From Octopus sinensis (taxonomy: Eukaryota): DNA of 64,000 nt. This document shows positions 13,014 through 25,162 of this stretch, one piece after another. The stretch covers positions 52,700,001-52,764,000 of the forward strand of contig NC_043015.1 in NCBI RefSeq assembly GCF_006345805.1. Direction: 5' to 3'. A model generated the notes under the pieces. That model was not told where the DNA came from. It ran no database searches and worked only from the letters and a program-made list of their open reading frames with translations. Numbering within the stretch: position 1 is the stretch's first letter; each line of letters begins with the position of its first letter. Position numbers and translations under genes: made by a program.

Positions 13014-15106
13014 ATAAACAGACTTAGTAACTGAGTTTAGCAGACATAAAAGTATGACCATCTCCTCAGACATTCAGAATTGTGTGTGTTCATGTGTGTG
13101 TGTTATGCCAAAGCAAAGCAGATATTGAACTGCATCAAGATTCTCCAGCCCTTGGAGGACATTAAAAGAGGGATGATGATGATGATGATGACAGAAATGG
13201 CAATAGACTGGCACCCTATCCAGGTGATGACTTTATTAATTTTTATTTTCATGGGGGGGGTGCATGGAAGGAGGGTAGAGGCTCCAGCACATCAGGGTTT
13301 AGGAGACACCCAGCTTACTGCTGTACATACTGCTGTACATCACACCATTTTTCCCCTCCCACCTCATCTCTCCTTGCAAACATTTTCTTAGAATTCAAGC
13401 AATGCAAGAAGAAAAAAAGTGGAGAGTGGTGGGGGCTGAGGCGAAAAATATCTTGCAGTTAATGACATGATGATGATGATGATGATAATTGTCCTAATGT
13501 GAATGATGCTGACGATCATCATGATGATGATAATATAGAAGATTGCAAAGATAATGAAGATTCCAATAAATTAGATGATGAAGATGATTATGATGATGAT
13601 TATGATAACGACAATGAAGATGAGCTTGCTGCTGCTGATGATGAAGAGGATGGTGATGATGTAAAAGATCATGATGATTGCAGTGCTAGGGAAGGATAAA
13701 AGCATGTACACACACGCATGCACACATACACACACACACACGCGCGCAGCTTCCAAGATTAAACTGAATTTTTTTTATAATTGAAGAAATTTAAGCAAAT
13801 AGTTACTCGCATGGATGCGTACATAACACTGCAACAAAGACAGAATTGGCACATAATGCATATTCCTGCACACGCCCACTGCACAACAAGTAGAAGTAAC
13901 ATTACTTACAAACGCTACCTGCTTTTTTTCTTTTTCAGATAAGGAATTTTTTTTTTTAATCTGCTAAACTTTTGAAAGTACAGAGCTATCTCAGCTGTTT
14001 ACCCCATGAGGAACATTAATATGGCATCGCTATTTTTGTTTTTTTTATTTCCTTTTTGCTCAAACAGTCTCCAGGAAAAACACAGAAATAACTACATTCA
14101 TATACACAAATGTACGACAGGTTTCGACACAGTTATATCATCATCATGATTGGACAGGAGCAAGCCAGTTGGAAAGCTGTCTAACTTCTGTCAAATTATC
14201 CAACCCATGCCAGCATAGAAGACGGATGTTAAACAATGATGATGATAATGATGATGTAACTATCAAAACCAGTTGTACATTTATGTATATGAATATAATT
14301 ATTTCTGTTTCTTCCTATGAGACTGTCTGAGAAACAAATTTAAAAATTTAAAAAACACAATGATGTCACATTTACGTTCCTCGGTGAATTTTACTGGCCT
14401 AAAAAAAAAAAAAAAATCAAAGCAGAAATCCTTATATTAATTCCACTTGCAAGTTATTAACTGGTCAGATAGTGACTCCAGTGGAAGACACTGGCACCAG
14501 ATGCTACACAGCCAAGCTGCACCTAATTCTGCACTGAGGTGTATAAGAATATGTATGCATGTGTAGGTGCACCTAACAACTGATATTGGTGCGTTTATGT
14601 CCCCCGTAACTTAGCAGTTCGGCAAAATAGACCAATAGAATAAGTACTGGGCTTACAAAGAATAAGTCCTGGGGCCAATTTGCTTGACTAAAGACTCCAG
14701 CATGGCCGCAGTCAAATGACACACACACACACACCTATTTGTGTGTGGATGCTTGTCTCTTAGCTTGAGAACGGTAGTTCTGTAATTTTTGATTAACCTG
14801 TGCAGGTGTTTCGTTTTAAGGTGATCAAATGATTGTGCTGACTATTAGCTCAATCCCTCCATCAAGTCGACCTCAACTGTGTGACACGTGGCACACTGTG
14901 CCACATGTCAGATGTTGAAGCGATTGCAAAACTGTATGAGACAAAGTTTTTTCACTCAAGAACACAACACACCACCCGGTCCTGGGATTGAAACCACCTC
15001 ACGATCATGAGTGCCCCACCAGAACCACTAGACCGTGTACCCCACTCCCATACATATATAGAATAAAGGTATTTTTATATAGGCTTAAAGCTTATTGTGA
15101 TCACCA

Positions 15107-15274
15107 GGCAATGACTAAGGAAAATAGTTTAATAAAGGTGTATATAAGCCCTTGACAGAAAAAAGGCTTTCCTATCTGCATGGATAGGAAAATCCATGTG
15201 GATAGGAAAACATTCTTTTTTTCTGTCGAGGGTTTATATGCCTCTTTATTAGACTATTTTTCTTAGTCATTGCC
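15107..15274. mobile_element. 168-bp fold-back (palindromic) element
   Basis: GGCAATGACTAAG...TTTCCTATCTGCATGGAT is mirrored along its whole length by ATCCATGTGGATAGGAAA...CTTAGTCATTGCC. Confidence 0.7.
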
Positions 15275-15507
15275 AGCATAGAAGACGGATGTTAAACGAT
15301 TATGATGATGTAACTATCAAAACCTGTTGTACATTTGTGTATATGAACATATACACAAATACCATTATTATTATTTACAAGATTGTAAACTTGGCACTGT
15401 ATACAAAACCATTTGCACCAAAAGCACACACACACACATGTACATACATATATTCCTATACATATACGTACAAAATAAAATGTTAATGTAAATACACTGA
15501 AAAATAA

Positions 15508-15538
<31 letters not shown>

Positions 15539-16069
15539 CGTACGTACGCACACACACACGCACACAGGGGTCAACATTTTATGTGTTACATACACAATCA
15601 TCATTAGAAGAAATGTTGTTACTACATTTAATGCCATAAAAGCAGCACAGACCATTTTATATGCACACCATTTTCAGCAGCGCATACTGAAGAAAAATAA
15701 AGATCTTAGTGCATAAAAGATATGAAATGAAGGCCCAAATTTGCATGAGACCCATTTTCTTTTAGACATTTCTTGGAATAACAATGGCTCATCCTATCCG
15801 CCCTCGAATACACTAATCCTTTATATCCAATTCATAGAAGCACAGTAGTATGTTATTCATAAAATAAACGAAACACAGTAGAGCAGGCTTCCACACAGTT
15901 TCCATCAATCAAATTCCTTTAACCAGAAACTATGCTACTAGAAACTTGAGATCGTAATAACCTCCTTCCAGAAATCAGGATTTCAAACTTAGCGCAAAAT
16001 TTTAATTCAAACTTCATCACAAAACCAATATTTGCGTTTTCCAGAGGAATGCACATAATTCTTCTATTT

Positions 16070-16205
16070 GCCATATCTTTACCCGAATCCCCACAGGCTA
16101 CGCATTCCTATTTCATGGATGAAGAATTATTAAGAGGAATGGCGTACTCTTGTAAAATTCAAACACTTGAACGATTTACACAGAAATATATAAGAATTTG
16201 GAACT
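16070..16205 (+). pseudogene. Tc1/mariner transposase C-terminal relic
   Basis: PESPQATHSYFMDEELLRGMAYSCKIQTLE aligns loosely to PRSPDLTPLDFFLWGYLKxxVY..xTLE. Confidence 0.35.
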
Positions 16206-16303
16206 AAATCTAAACAAGTGATGCTAGCAGAAAAAAAAAAATCATAACTGACAAGCAGTAATTAAAATTTAAATGCATAAAAATTATTTTTTAACTTTTA
16301 ATC

Positions 16304-16341
<38 letters not shown>

Positions 16342-17398
16342 TTGTATTATTTCGATTAATTTCCAAAACACTCTTTTAGAGATAGGAGAGGAAGTCAGGA
16401 AGGCAACTATTTTACCATTATTATTGTTGTCTATTTGGTAACTGGAATACAACTTAACTAAAGATTATTTCTTTTTTACCTCTAATACTATAAAGAAAAT
16501 TTTGCTGTTTTAAAAATCACATGACCACGACTGACCAGGTTGTTGGACAATGTTATACATTGCTTGTCACAATGCACTATGCATCATTCTGGCTAGGCAA
16601 GCAGCCCCATATTCCCCCAGATGGGGGGGGCATTTCTGTTGTAGAGTGAACCCATTTACAGCTGAGTGGACTAGAGCAATGTGAAATGAAGGGTATTGCT
16701 CAAGAACACAACTCGCAGCCAATCCAGGAATCGAAACCACAATCTCATGATGATAAGTGCAATACACCAAACCACTAGGCAATGCGTCTTCAGAGTTTTA
16801 AATATGAATGCTTTTGAGGGTAGTTTGGTATAGTGGGACCAAGGATGTTTGGTATAGTAAACCTTAGGCGTTTTCATAAAGAAATGGAGTTTAGCCCGAA
16901 AAGAATTCTAAATGCTTGGTGCTTCATTTAGATTTTATACCATTAAGCAGATGGAAACATAATTGTTTTCACTGATGATATACTTATCTCAGATAACACT
17001 CCCATGTGATCTGACATCCTTCTAATTTCAAGGGATACCTGTAATCAACATAGAACTACCTGAATAAACACCAGGAGCCTTGCAATGGGGATGAATTCAA
17101 GATCTCATCATCATCATTTAGTGTCCGTTGTCCATGCTGGCATGGGTTGGACAGATTGACCTGGGCTGGTGTTAACTAATAATTATAAATATATTCTCTG
17201 CTTCAAGAGATATTCAACAGTCAATGGTTAAGCATTCCTTTAGAAGTAAAGTTAACCACAGGTGAAGCACTAATATTATTTTCTCTTCATTTTCCTTGCC
17301 CAAAGGGGAACATCTGGAAAAATGTTTAATTTCTCAGCCGTTGTAGAATTTAACTGTTTCAGTTCCTTTATGAGACTTTCTCTTGTTTCAGGGTATTC

Positions 17399-17938
17399 AA
17401 CCCTTTAATGTTCAGATGATTCTGTTAAATGCATTCCTTATTTATTCACATTGTTTTAAACTAATCATGCATTAAAAAATTACTATTTTTAAATCTCATA
17501 ACATGAGATATTCAGCAACAGTACTTTGTAGTAAAGATTGTTTGCTATCATAACATGGCAGTCCTGATTTAGGACTAATGTTGCTGTAATTTAGCCCCAG
17601 GAAATAACCCAGAAATTGTGATACACAGATATTACTTTGAGCTGAGTGGGGGTGATAGATTCCATCGTTTGAAAATATAAGGACACAGATCGTGTCGTAC
17701 AGCCAGCTGGAGATGATGTCTCCTGGGGCTAAATTACAGCAACATTCGTCCTAAACCAGGACTGCCATGTTATGCTGGCAAACAATCTTTACTATAATCA
17801 TGCATTATCTCATAGCTTCAAGATTTTGATGACATTGTAAGGTAAATGTGAGAGGCCAGATTTTGCTTGTTTGAACCTAAAACAAGTAGAATATAACATT
17901 TTGGACAGATACAGCTGGTTTAAATGCTAAATGGTTAA
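17399..17938 (+). mobile_element. piggyBac-like MITE family P2 interrupted by a TA-type MITE
   Basis: AACCCTTTAATGTTCAG...TTTAAATGCTAAATGGTTAA, homologous to 11474-11910. Confidence 0.6.
17531..17792. mobile_element. Tc1/mariner-type MITE with about 70-bp TIRs
   Basis: TA|GTAAAGATTGTTTGC...TTAGCCCCAGGA is mirrored by TCCTGGGGCTAA...GCAAACAATCTTTAC|TA. A solo arm of the same family lies at 63503-63577. Confidence 0.85.
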
Positions 17939-19068
17939 TCCATATAAAAATTAAACCTGTCCTCATCTCAGCTAACACTCACATATCTATGCCAGCCAGA
18001 AAGAGGAATAACAGTTTTGACGTGGAGGAATAACCAGCCTGACATCACTCTTGGAACTGTTAAACAAATTGCATGTTCTAAAGATGTCCACATTAAAACC
18101 TTTCAGCAAAAATTTCATGTTAACTCGTGTTCCAAACACCGGCTGAATGACAAAATTAAATGAAATGAAGGCAGTGTATTTCAATAGAATTGTCGTGACA
18201 AAAGGGTTAGCTTGAAGCAAAATAACATGACCTCTATGTGGTTACTTTACCTGCTAGAAAAAGCAGCCAAGTAATCACATGTTACCATTTTAAAAGACAG
18301 AAAAACTGATGCTAACAGTGTTGTTATAGATATATTCAAACATGATGTTCACAATTGGAATGTCATTGATCATAGGTTTACTTGATCAAGAAAGTAAAGA
18401 ACAGAACACACAGGCTGATCTAAATACAGAAACAAATAATGAAATAAATAAACTGTTTGCCTCCAGTGGTTTGCATTTAAGGTCTATTAATGCATAAGCT
18501 GAGAGATCCATACAAAAACCACATCCCACCACACACACACAGACAGAGGATCAAATTCAGTCATTCTGTCTCATTTAAAAATGTCACAGCAGAGATAGAC
18601 AGAGACAAGAGATAGAGCAGAGATACAAAACTACACATGAAACTAGAGAGTGCAGTAAATGAAGGGAAGAAACTCCACGATGTAAGACCAGCCACAACAG
18701 CCATTTTTGGGAAGTCAAAAGACTTATGTTTACATGGCAAGATTTTCCAAAGCAGGAAAAGAAGAAATAGTAAAATTTTGAAAATAAACAAACAAACAAT
18801 AAAGCCAAGTGTTTAGATTATTTGTTTCACAGCTTCCTCAATGAAAATTTCATTGTCTATTGTTTTGAAAAGAGCTTTCTTCTATATGCCACATTAAATT
18901 TATGTTAGCTTGGCTGGAGGCTATTTTGGATAAAAATAATGAACATTTATATTTATCATACCCATGTATAAACACAAAGATACATTGATGTGTATGCATA
19001 TGTGCACACACACACAAATTTTATCAAGGAGTGTACTTGGAAATGTACTTGTGTGAGTGTGTGTGTGT

Positions 19069-19152
<84 letters not shown>

Positions 19153-19239
19153 ACATGTACAAATATATATGCCTATCACATATTTAAATGTATGTGCACA
19201 AGTATTATGACATATGATTAGAGAGAGAGAGAGAAAATG

Positions 19240-19432
19240 AGAAGTAGATAGATATACAGAGAGATAGACAGAGAGATAGACAGATAGAAAGATAGACAGG
19301 GATAGACAGACATACAAGGATAGAAAGATAGACAGATAGATAGGGATAGACAGACATACAAGGATAGAAAGATAAACAGATAGAAAGACAGACAAACAGA
19401 GGGATAGAAAGATATACAGGCATAGACGGATG

Positions 19433-19509
<77 letters not shown>

Positions 19510-19510
19510 A
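19240..19510. repeat. Degenerate GATA/GACA satellite ending in pure (GATA)n
   Basis: Read directly. Long (TG)n at 19051-19150 and (TA)n at 19739-19800 lie nearby. Confidence 0.9.
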
Positions 19511-19728
19511 GAGACAGCTAGATAGCCACGTTGTAGCTTAGCATAGCAGCAGTGTGGAATAATACTGCAGTAAACTGTCAACTCCAACTAGCAAACATTT
19601 GTTGACTGTGGAAACAGTTGTGCTGAGTTGTTCACTAACTGATAATGGCAATAATACCTGAGTGAACTAAGAAACTCACAGGCAATGCTAATGTCTTGTG
19701 TGCATGTCTATCTCCCCCAACAAATATA

Positions 19729-19813
<85 letters not shown>

Positions 19814-20431
19814 AAATATGTGTGTATAAGGATGTATATATGTATATATAAGGATGTATGTATGTAATAGACTCCCTTTCAATCACAAATGACCACATTA
19901 TTGCACCTAGAAGGTTCCCCTCCGAGACACAAGTCTGCATAAATGTTGTTTTGTGGAAAACCAGCAGCTGCCCACATGTACCCGTTTCCCACTGATGTCG
20001 CCCAAGGGAATGGGAAAGGCCGTACAGCCTGGCAAATTGTAAAGCTAACTGGATTAATGTGAAATGAAGTGTCTTGCTCAAGAATACAACACACAACCTA
20101 GTCCAGGAATCGAACTCACAACCTTGTGATTGTAATCCCAATGTTCTAACCACTGAGCCACGTGCCTTCACATGTATGTATGTATGTACGTATATTCATA
20201 TGTGTATGTGTGTATTCGGTTTCTGTTTCCTAATGTTTTGGACAGCCTGAGGCTACAGAGAGAAGGAGAAATATACAGGAATGTGCGCATCTATGTACCA
20301 AGCTTACAAAATAAGTACTGGGGTGGATTTGTTTGACTAAGCCCTTCAGAGAGGTGCTGTAGCATGGCCACTGCATGCTGAACCTCTACCTTGAGAAGAT
20401 ATATATATATAAGGATAAAGATATTTTTATA

Positions 20432-20627
20432 TGAAGGGGTGCTGTAAATTTCCTAACTTTGTGTAAAAGAAAATACAAGAGGATCAGTTAATTATGATTT
20501 TATTCAATATAGTTCCCCTCCAGATTCACACACTTGTTGCAGTAGTCCATTAATTTTTTCTAAACCTTGTAAAAGAACTGAGGACTTTCGCGATACCCTT
20601 AATGCCAGGAATTTTTCAGCACACCTC
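20432..20627. mobile_element. Mariner-like MITE
   Basis: TA-TGAAGGGGTGCTGTAAATTTCCT ... AGGAATTTTTCAGCACACCTC inverted termini. The internal part recurs at about 21161-21285. Confidence 0.7.
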
Positions 20628-21145
20628 CCCATTCACTCTTGCTCCTTCATTCACTCTGTAAACTTCTGCTATCTTTGAGTTCTATTTTCCTATTTGCATG
20701 TGTGTGCGAGTAATATATGACAGAGAACAATAAAATCCACGCTGTATAGAAAGGACTGCTAAAATACTACTATACAGATTGTGCAATTCAAAAATGCAAC
20801 ACGACTTTGTAGCATGTGTGCACATGTGTGATGTTTTAGGCCACATACCTGATAGGTAATCTCTTTAGGGCTTACTGACATGATAAATATTTATTATTAT
20901 TTTTTAAAAAAGTAACATGTAATATACCACACAACCTATCAACACTCACCAGTCAATGCTTCACAAAACATACAGCTCAGTAAAATCACCACACAATACA
21001 TGACTATGCAATCACCACCCAATACAGAAAACCAAAGGCACAATCTACACCAGTGGTTCATATGATCCCCTTGTGGTCCCCATAAGCACAATGAGTTCAC
21101 AACAGTATTTTATGGGTCCATGACAAAAAAAACTTTGCATTAGAT

Positions 21146-21467
21146 CAGGGGTCCCCGAACTTTTATTCAACATATTCCCTCTCTCAGATTCGCACACATG
21201 TTGCAGCAGTCCTTCAGTTTTACTAAACCTTGTAAAAGAACTCGGAAGGTCGGGCCTCCAACTAGGCCTTTCACGATACCCTTTGCGATGCCTTCAAGGA
21301 ATCCTTGACCCCCTCATCGACCCCCAACCCCCAGGCATGTACAAGAAAATAAATCAATAATATTAATAATTAAGTAGATGTGCAGTTTCAGGCATTTATC
21401 GACCCTTTGAATAGTCCCATCAACCCCGACCCCTAGGGGTTGATATCAACAACTTTGGAAACCCCTG
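21146..21467. mobile_element. Inner hAT-like MITE
   Basis: CAGGGGTCCCCGAAC...CTTTGGAAACCCCTG termini and 8-bp TSD CATTAGAT/CTTTAGAT (7 of 8). Confidence 0.75.
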
Positions 21468-21580
21468 CTTTAGATGTATTTTCTGCAAGAAACAGCTAGA
21501 TTTCTTTTTTGAATGTTTTGCATAATTCCAACCACACAAGTGAATGAGAGATGAATAAACTAGGAATTTTGAAAGAAGTA

Positions 21581-21934
21581 CTTTTTATCTTTCGCTGGTT
21601 TCAGTCATTAGACTGTGGCCATGCTGGGGCACCACCTGACAAAACTTGTAGTCAAATGAATCAGCCTTGGTACTTGATATTTATTCTATTGATCCCTTTT
21701 GCCAAACTCTTAAGTTAGAAATGTAAACACACCATGGTCAGTTATCAAGTGGTGGTGGAGAATAAACACAAACACACACATGACAGGTTTCTTTCAGTTT
21801 CCATCTACCAAATCCATTCACATAGCTTTGGTTGGCCCGAGGCTATAGTAGAAAACACTTGCCCAAAGTGCAATGCAATGGGACTGAACCCGGAACCATG
21901 TGGTTGGGAAGCAGGCTTCTTCTCACACAAGCCA
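21581..21934 (-). mobile_element. SINE family B inside a hAT MITE
   Basis: Reverse-complement copy interrupting 21051-22031. Confidence 0.8.
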
Positions 21935-23508
21935 TATAAGTATCTATAAAACAAGTTTTTAAATATCAAATGGCTCTGGGGGTCCACCAGAATAAAATAG
22001 TAATTAGACAAAAAATGGTTGAGAACCTCTGATCCACACCATCACCAGCTAACATGAAATAGAATACAAGCCACACAGAAAAATTCCACAAAATTACCAC
22101 CTGGAAGACACCTATTAAGGCAGCTTGTATCCTACATAAGAAACCCAGAAAACACCAATAAATCACCAAATGCAAACCATATTCTGCAAAAGAATAAAGC
22201 ATATGTAACGTGCAGACACCATACTGCACTCACAATGTGCAGCGTTTGCACATACACTGCAGAAACATGGAGATGCGGTGGAAAAAAATGTTTTAAACAA
22301 GGTAATCATCATCATCACCGTCGTAATCATTTTAACACCTGCTTTTCCATGCTTGCAGGGGTCGGATGGAATTTGTTGAGGCAGATTTCTTACAGCTGGA
22401 TGCCTTTCCTGTCACCAACTCAACTTGGTCCCAAGCAAGGTGATACTGCCTCATGGCTGGATAGGCATTCATGGAGGAAAAGAAATGAAGGACACTGCAT
22501 CTACAATAGTGATGTTTGTTTACAACTACCCTACAATGTCAGGACAAGGAAAAATAAACACTCATACACACACACACACCAGGCTTAAAGCTGTGGTCAG
22601 CCCAAGGATATACTAAATGACACTTGTCCAAGCTGCCACACAGTGGGACTGAACCCAAAGCCATGTAGTTGGGAAGCAAACATCTTAATTACACAGCCAC
22701 TTGATATATTTAAGCCTTTAGCATTTAAGCCATCCATATCTGAGCACACACGTTTACGCATACACATGCATATTCACACTCACAAGCAATTAACAGGCTT
22801 CCACACAATTTCCAAATTCCACTTGTAAACCATTGATCAACTTGACACTTAAGTAAAATTAATTATTTTCCCAGGGGTGGTGGTCAGTTGGAAAGACCCA
22901 CCCTACCACCAAGTGGTTGTGAAGCAAATCACACAGCTTATCTGCAGCTGTGTGTAATGGATGGGACATCAAAATCCCTAAGGGTTTCTATAGGGCTGTT
23001 GCTTAGCCCTTTCCATATGGCATTAAGCAGATGGGTGACAACTTGCTAGCTTGATGGAACTCTAGGTTATCATCATCATCATTGACACTCAACTCCCACC
23101 TTCTCTGCTGGTATTGGTCAGAGAGGAAGTTGAAGGACTACAACATATTCCGATGTATGCTTCACCTTCATTTGTATGGTTGGATGCCTCTCCTCATGCC
23201 AAACATTTTATACTGTGTACTGGGTGCCATATTTGTGACACCGGCACTAATGAGATTGTTAAGTAACCAGTAAGACAGAGAAATAGAAATTGACCCCCCT
23301 CAAACGAGTGGTGATGTAGTAAAGAGAAAGGTGGCTTTATAATACCTGGGGTTGTGAGGCTAAAGTGGGACAGAACAGACAGAGGTATCTTGTTATAGAG
23401 GAGATGCAGGGCTACCCTACATTATATAAAGTTTGTAGTAGGAAAGAAGATGCAGGTGACCCTGGTATAAATTGCTGACTAGTCTGGTGATTTGGTAACC
23501 TAGATTAA

Positions 23509-23725
23509 CCCTTTCGTTACTGTAATTATTTTGAGATGCTCTCTGTTTCTTTCAATTACTTGAAATATAAACAAAGAATTTAGATAACTTAGTTATCATT
23601 CAGCTAGTGTTAGGAACATAAATTGTGGCTAAGCTTTGGTAGTAGATTTTAATTCAAAACTTATGAAAACAAGACATTTGTACTCAGAGCCAAAGCCAGT
23701 TTCAGCCAGGTTGGTAACGAAAGGG
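23509..23725 (+). mobile_element. piggyBac-like MITE family P1, copy 3
   Basis: Perfect 12-bp TIR CCCTTTCGTTAC/GTAACGAAAGGG flanked by TTAA on both sides. Confidence 0.9.
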
Positions 23726-23959
23726 TTAAAGAGTGAATAAAGAATAAGGTGCTTGAAGATAGAACAAAACAACTTCAATAGAGATTGAACCTGCGTCATT
23801 CTCTTTTTACCTTACTTCCCAGACATTGTTAGCCTGTACTTAGAATAGAGGAACGGGAAAGCGAAGCGAAAATAACAGTCAGTAGCCTCTCTTAGATAAG
23901 ATGATATAATTTAGCAGTGGACGTAGATATCACAAGAGAACTTTAGCTAAAATACAAAG

Positions 23960-24340
23960 GGAGTAAGCAAAAGGACTCTGAGGGTTATTACCTTTAATGA
24001 TAACAAAAGGGTTTTTCCCTTTGAGTAAATGGCAGATTGTAATGATTGTCTGCGTTCCGAGAATAACATTGCATGGTGGCCAAACATGAGTATTGGATGT
24101 AGAGGATATGTGATGGCGGAAAAGATACAAGGCAAGCATGTGTCACTGGATGGTGTAATGGTAGGGTGAATGAACGATGGGAGCACAAATGAACTGAGAG
24201 AAAATTGGCTGCGAGAGGAATCAGATGCAACAGGTAAGAGAGAAGAAAACTGAGCAGGTATGATGGACATGTGTATTGAGGATGACAGAGGAGCATAGAG
24301 GTAGCAGGAAATTAGAATTGAAGGAATCTACAGAAAGAGG
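23960..24340 (+). mobile_element. Decayed RTE-clade LINE, C-terminal ORF fragment
   Basis: Frameshifted peptides LLPLMITKGF, LHGGQT*, ASMCHWM, STNELRE, RGIRC and GHV follow the RTE post-RT order (YGxETW...MLRWM...NxELR...LRWYGHV). Confidence 0.8.
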
Positions 24341-24707
24341 AAAACTAAGGAAGAGATGGGAAGAAGTGGTGAAAACATATCTCATCAAGAGTGATTACAA
24401 GTAACCAACTCTAAGTGGTGGAATGCTGAGGTGGAGAAGACCTGTCCAACCCATATAAGAGTGTAAAAAACAAATGTAAAAATGAACACCGTTTACTGAC
24501 AAGTGCCTCTGACCCTACATGGTCCCTCAACTTGCCTGACATAGCAGTCAAATCTTCTTTATAAAACGGCCTAGCTACCATCTTAAAAGGTGAATGACAC
24601 TTTGGATAATGTAGTCCTAGGTATTCTATGCAAATAAAATACAAGATGGTTGCAACTGGAACACCGAGTCAGTCTACTAAAGTTTCAAGTCTGACTGTGG
24701 ACTAAAC

Positions 24708-24950
24708 CAGTGGTTCTCAACCAGGATCCATATGGCCCTTTGGGTTCCACATGGCCCTTGGGGTCCATATAAGATTTTGTTAAAATTTCTGTGCAATAAA
24801 TTGCTTATACTTCTGTAATACACAAAAAAAATATTAATTGTTTTTAATACAAAACCTGATGATATTTAATTATAACAATATAGGATTTTTTAAAATATCA
24901 AATGGCTATGAGGGTCCTGTAGAATAAAATAAGAACCAAAGGGGTCCAGA
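24708..24950. mobile_element. hAT-like MITE family H1, right end truncated
   Basis: Starts CAGTGGTTCTCAACC. The body matches 59891-60380. Confidence 0.7.
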
Positions 24951-24984
24951 TTCACATGTACGATACACATACCATTGATTTTTT

Positions 24985-25130
24985 TCTTTTTGGACTTTAC
25001 TGTTTTCCACTCCGACAAAGAGCCTATGCTCGAAACGTCACAAACTCTCTTTTTACTGAGCATCAAACTTATACAATACATGTCCTTGTGTTGTTTGTTA
25101 TTTTTAACGATTGTTTATTCAATTTGACTA
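24985..25130 (+). mobile_element. Penelope-like terminal fragment with degenerate hammerhead
   Basis: CCGACAA-A-GAGC-ctat-GCTC-GAAACGTC at 25012-25039. Related pieces lie on the minus strand at about 32900-32990 and 51400-51540. Confidence 0.5.
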
Positions 25131-25131
25131 C

Positions 25132-25162
<31 letters not shown>

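Larger units (their letters stand above)
21051..22031. mobile_element. hAT-like MITE family H1 with nested insertions
   Basis: CAGTGGTTC...GAGAACCTCTG termini and 8-bp TSD ATCTACAC/ATCCACAC (7 of 8). Confidence 0.75.

Noticed and set aside
13499-13699. Acidic Asp/Glu-rich 66-aa ORF
   Set aside because: Degenerate (GAT)n repeat with a non-ATG start.
14882-14910. Hairpin TGACACGTGGCACA-C-TGTGCCACATGTCA
   Set aside because: Lies within a SINE family C tail and is too short to propose independent function.
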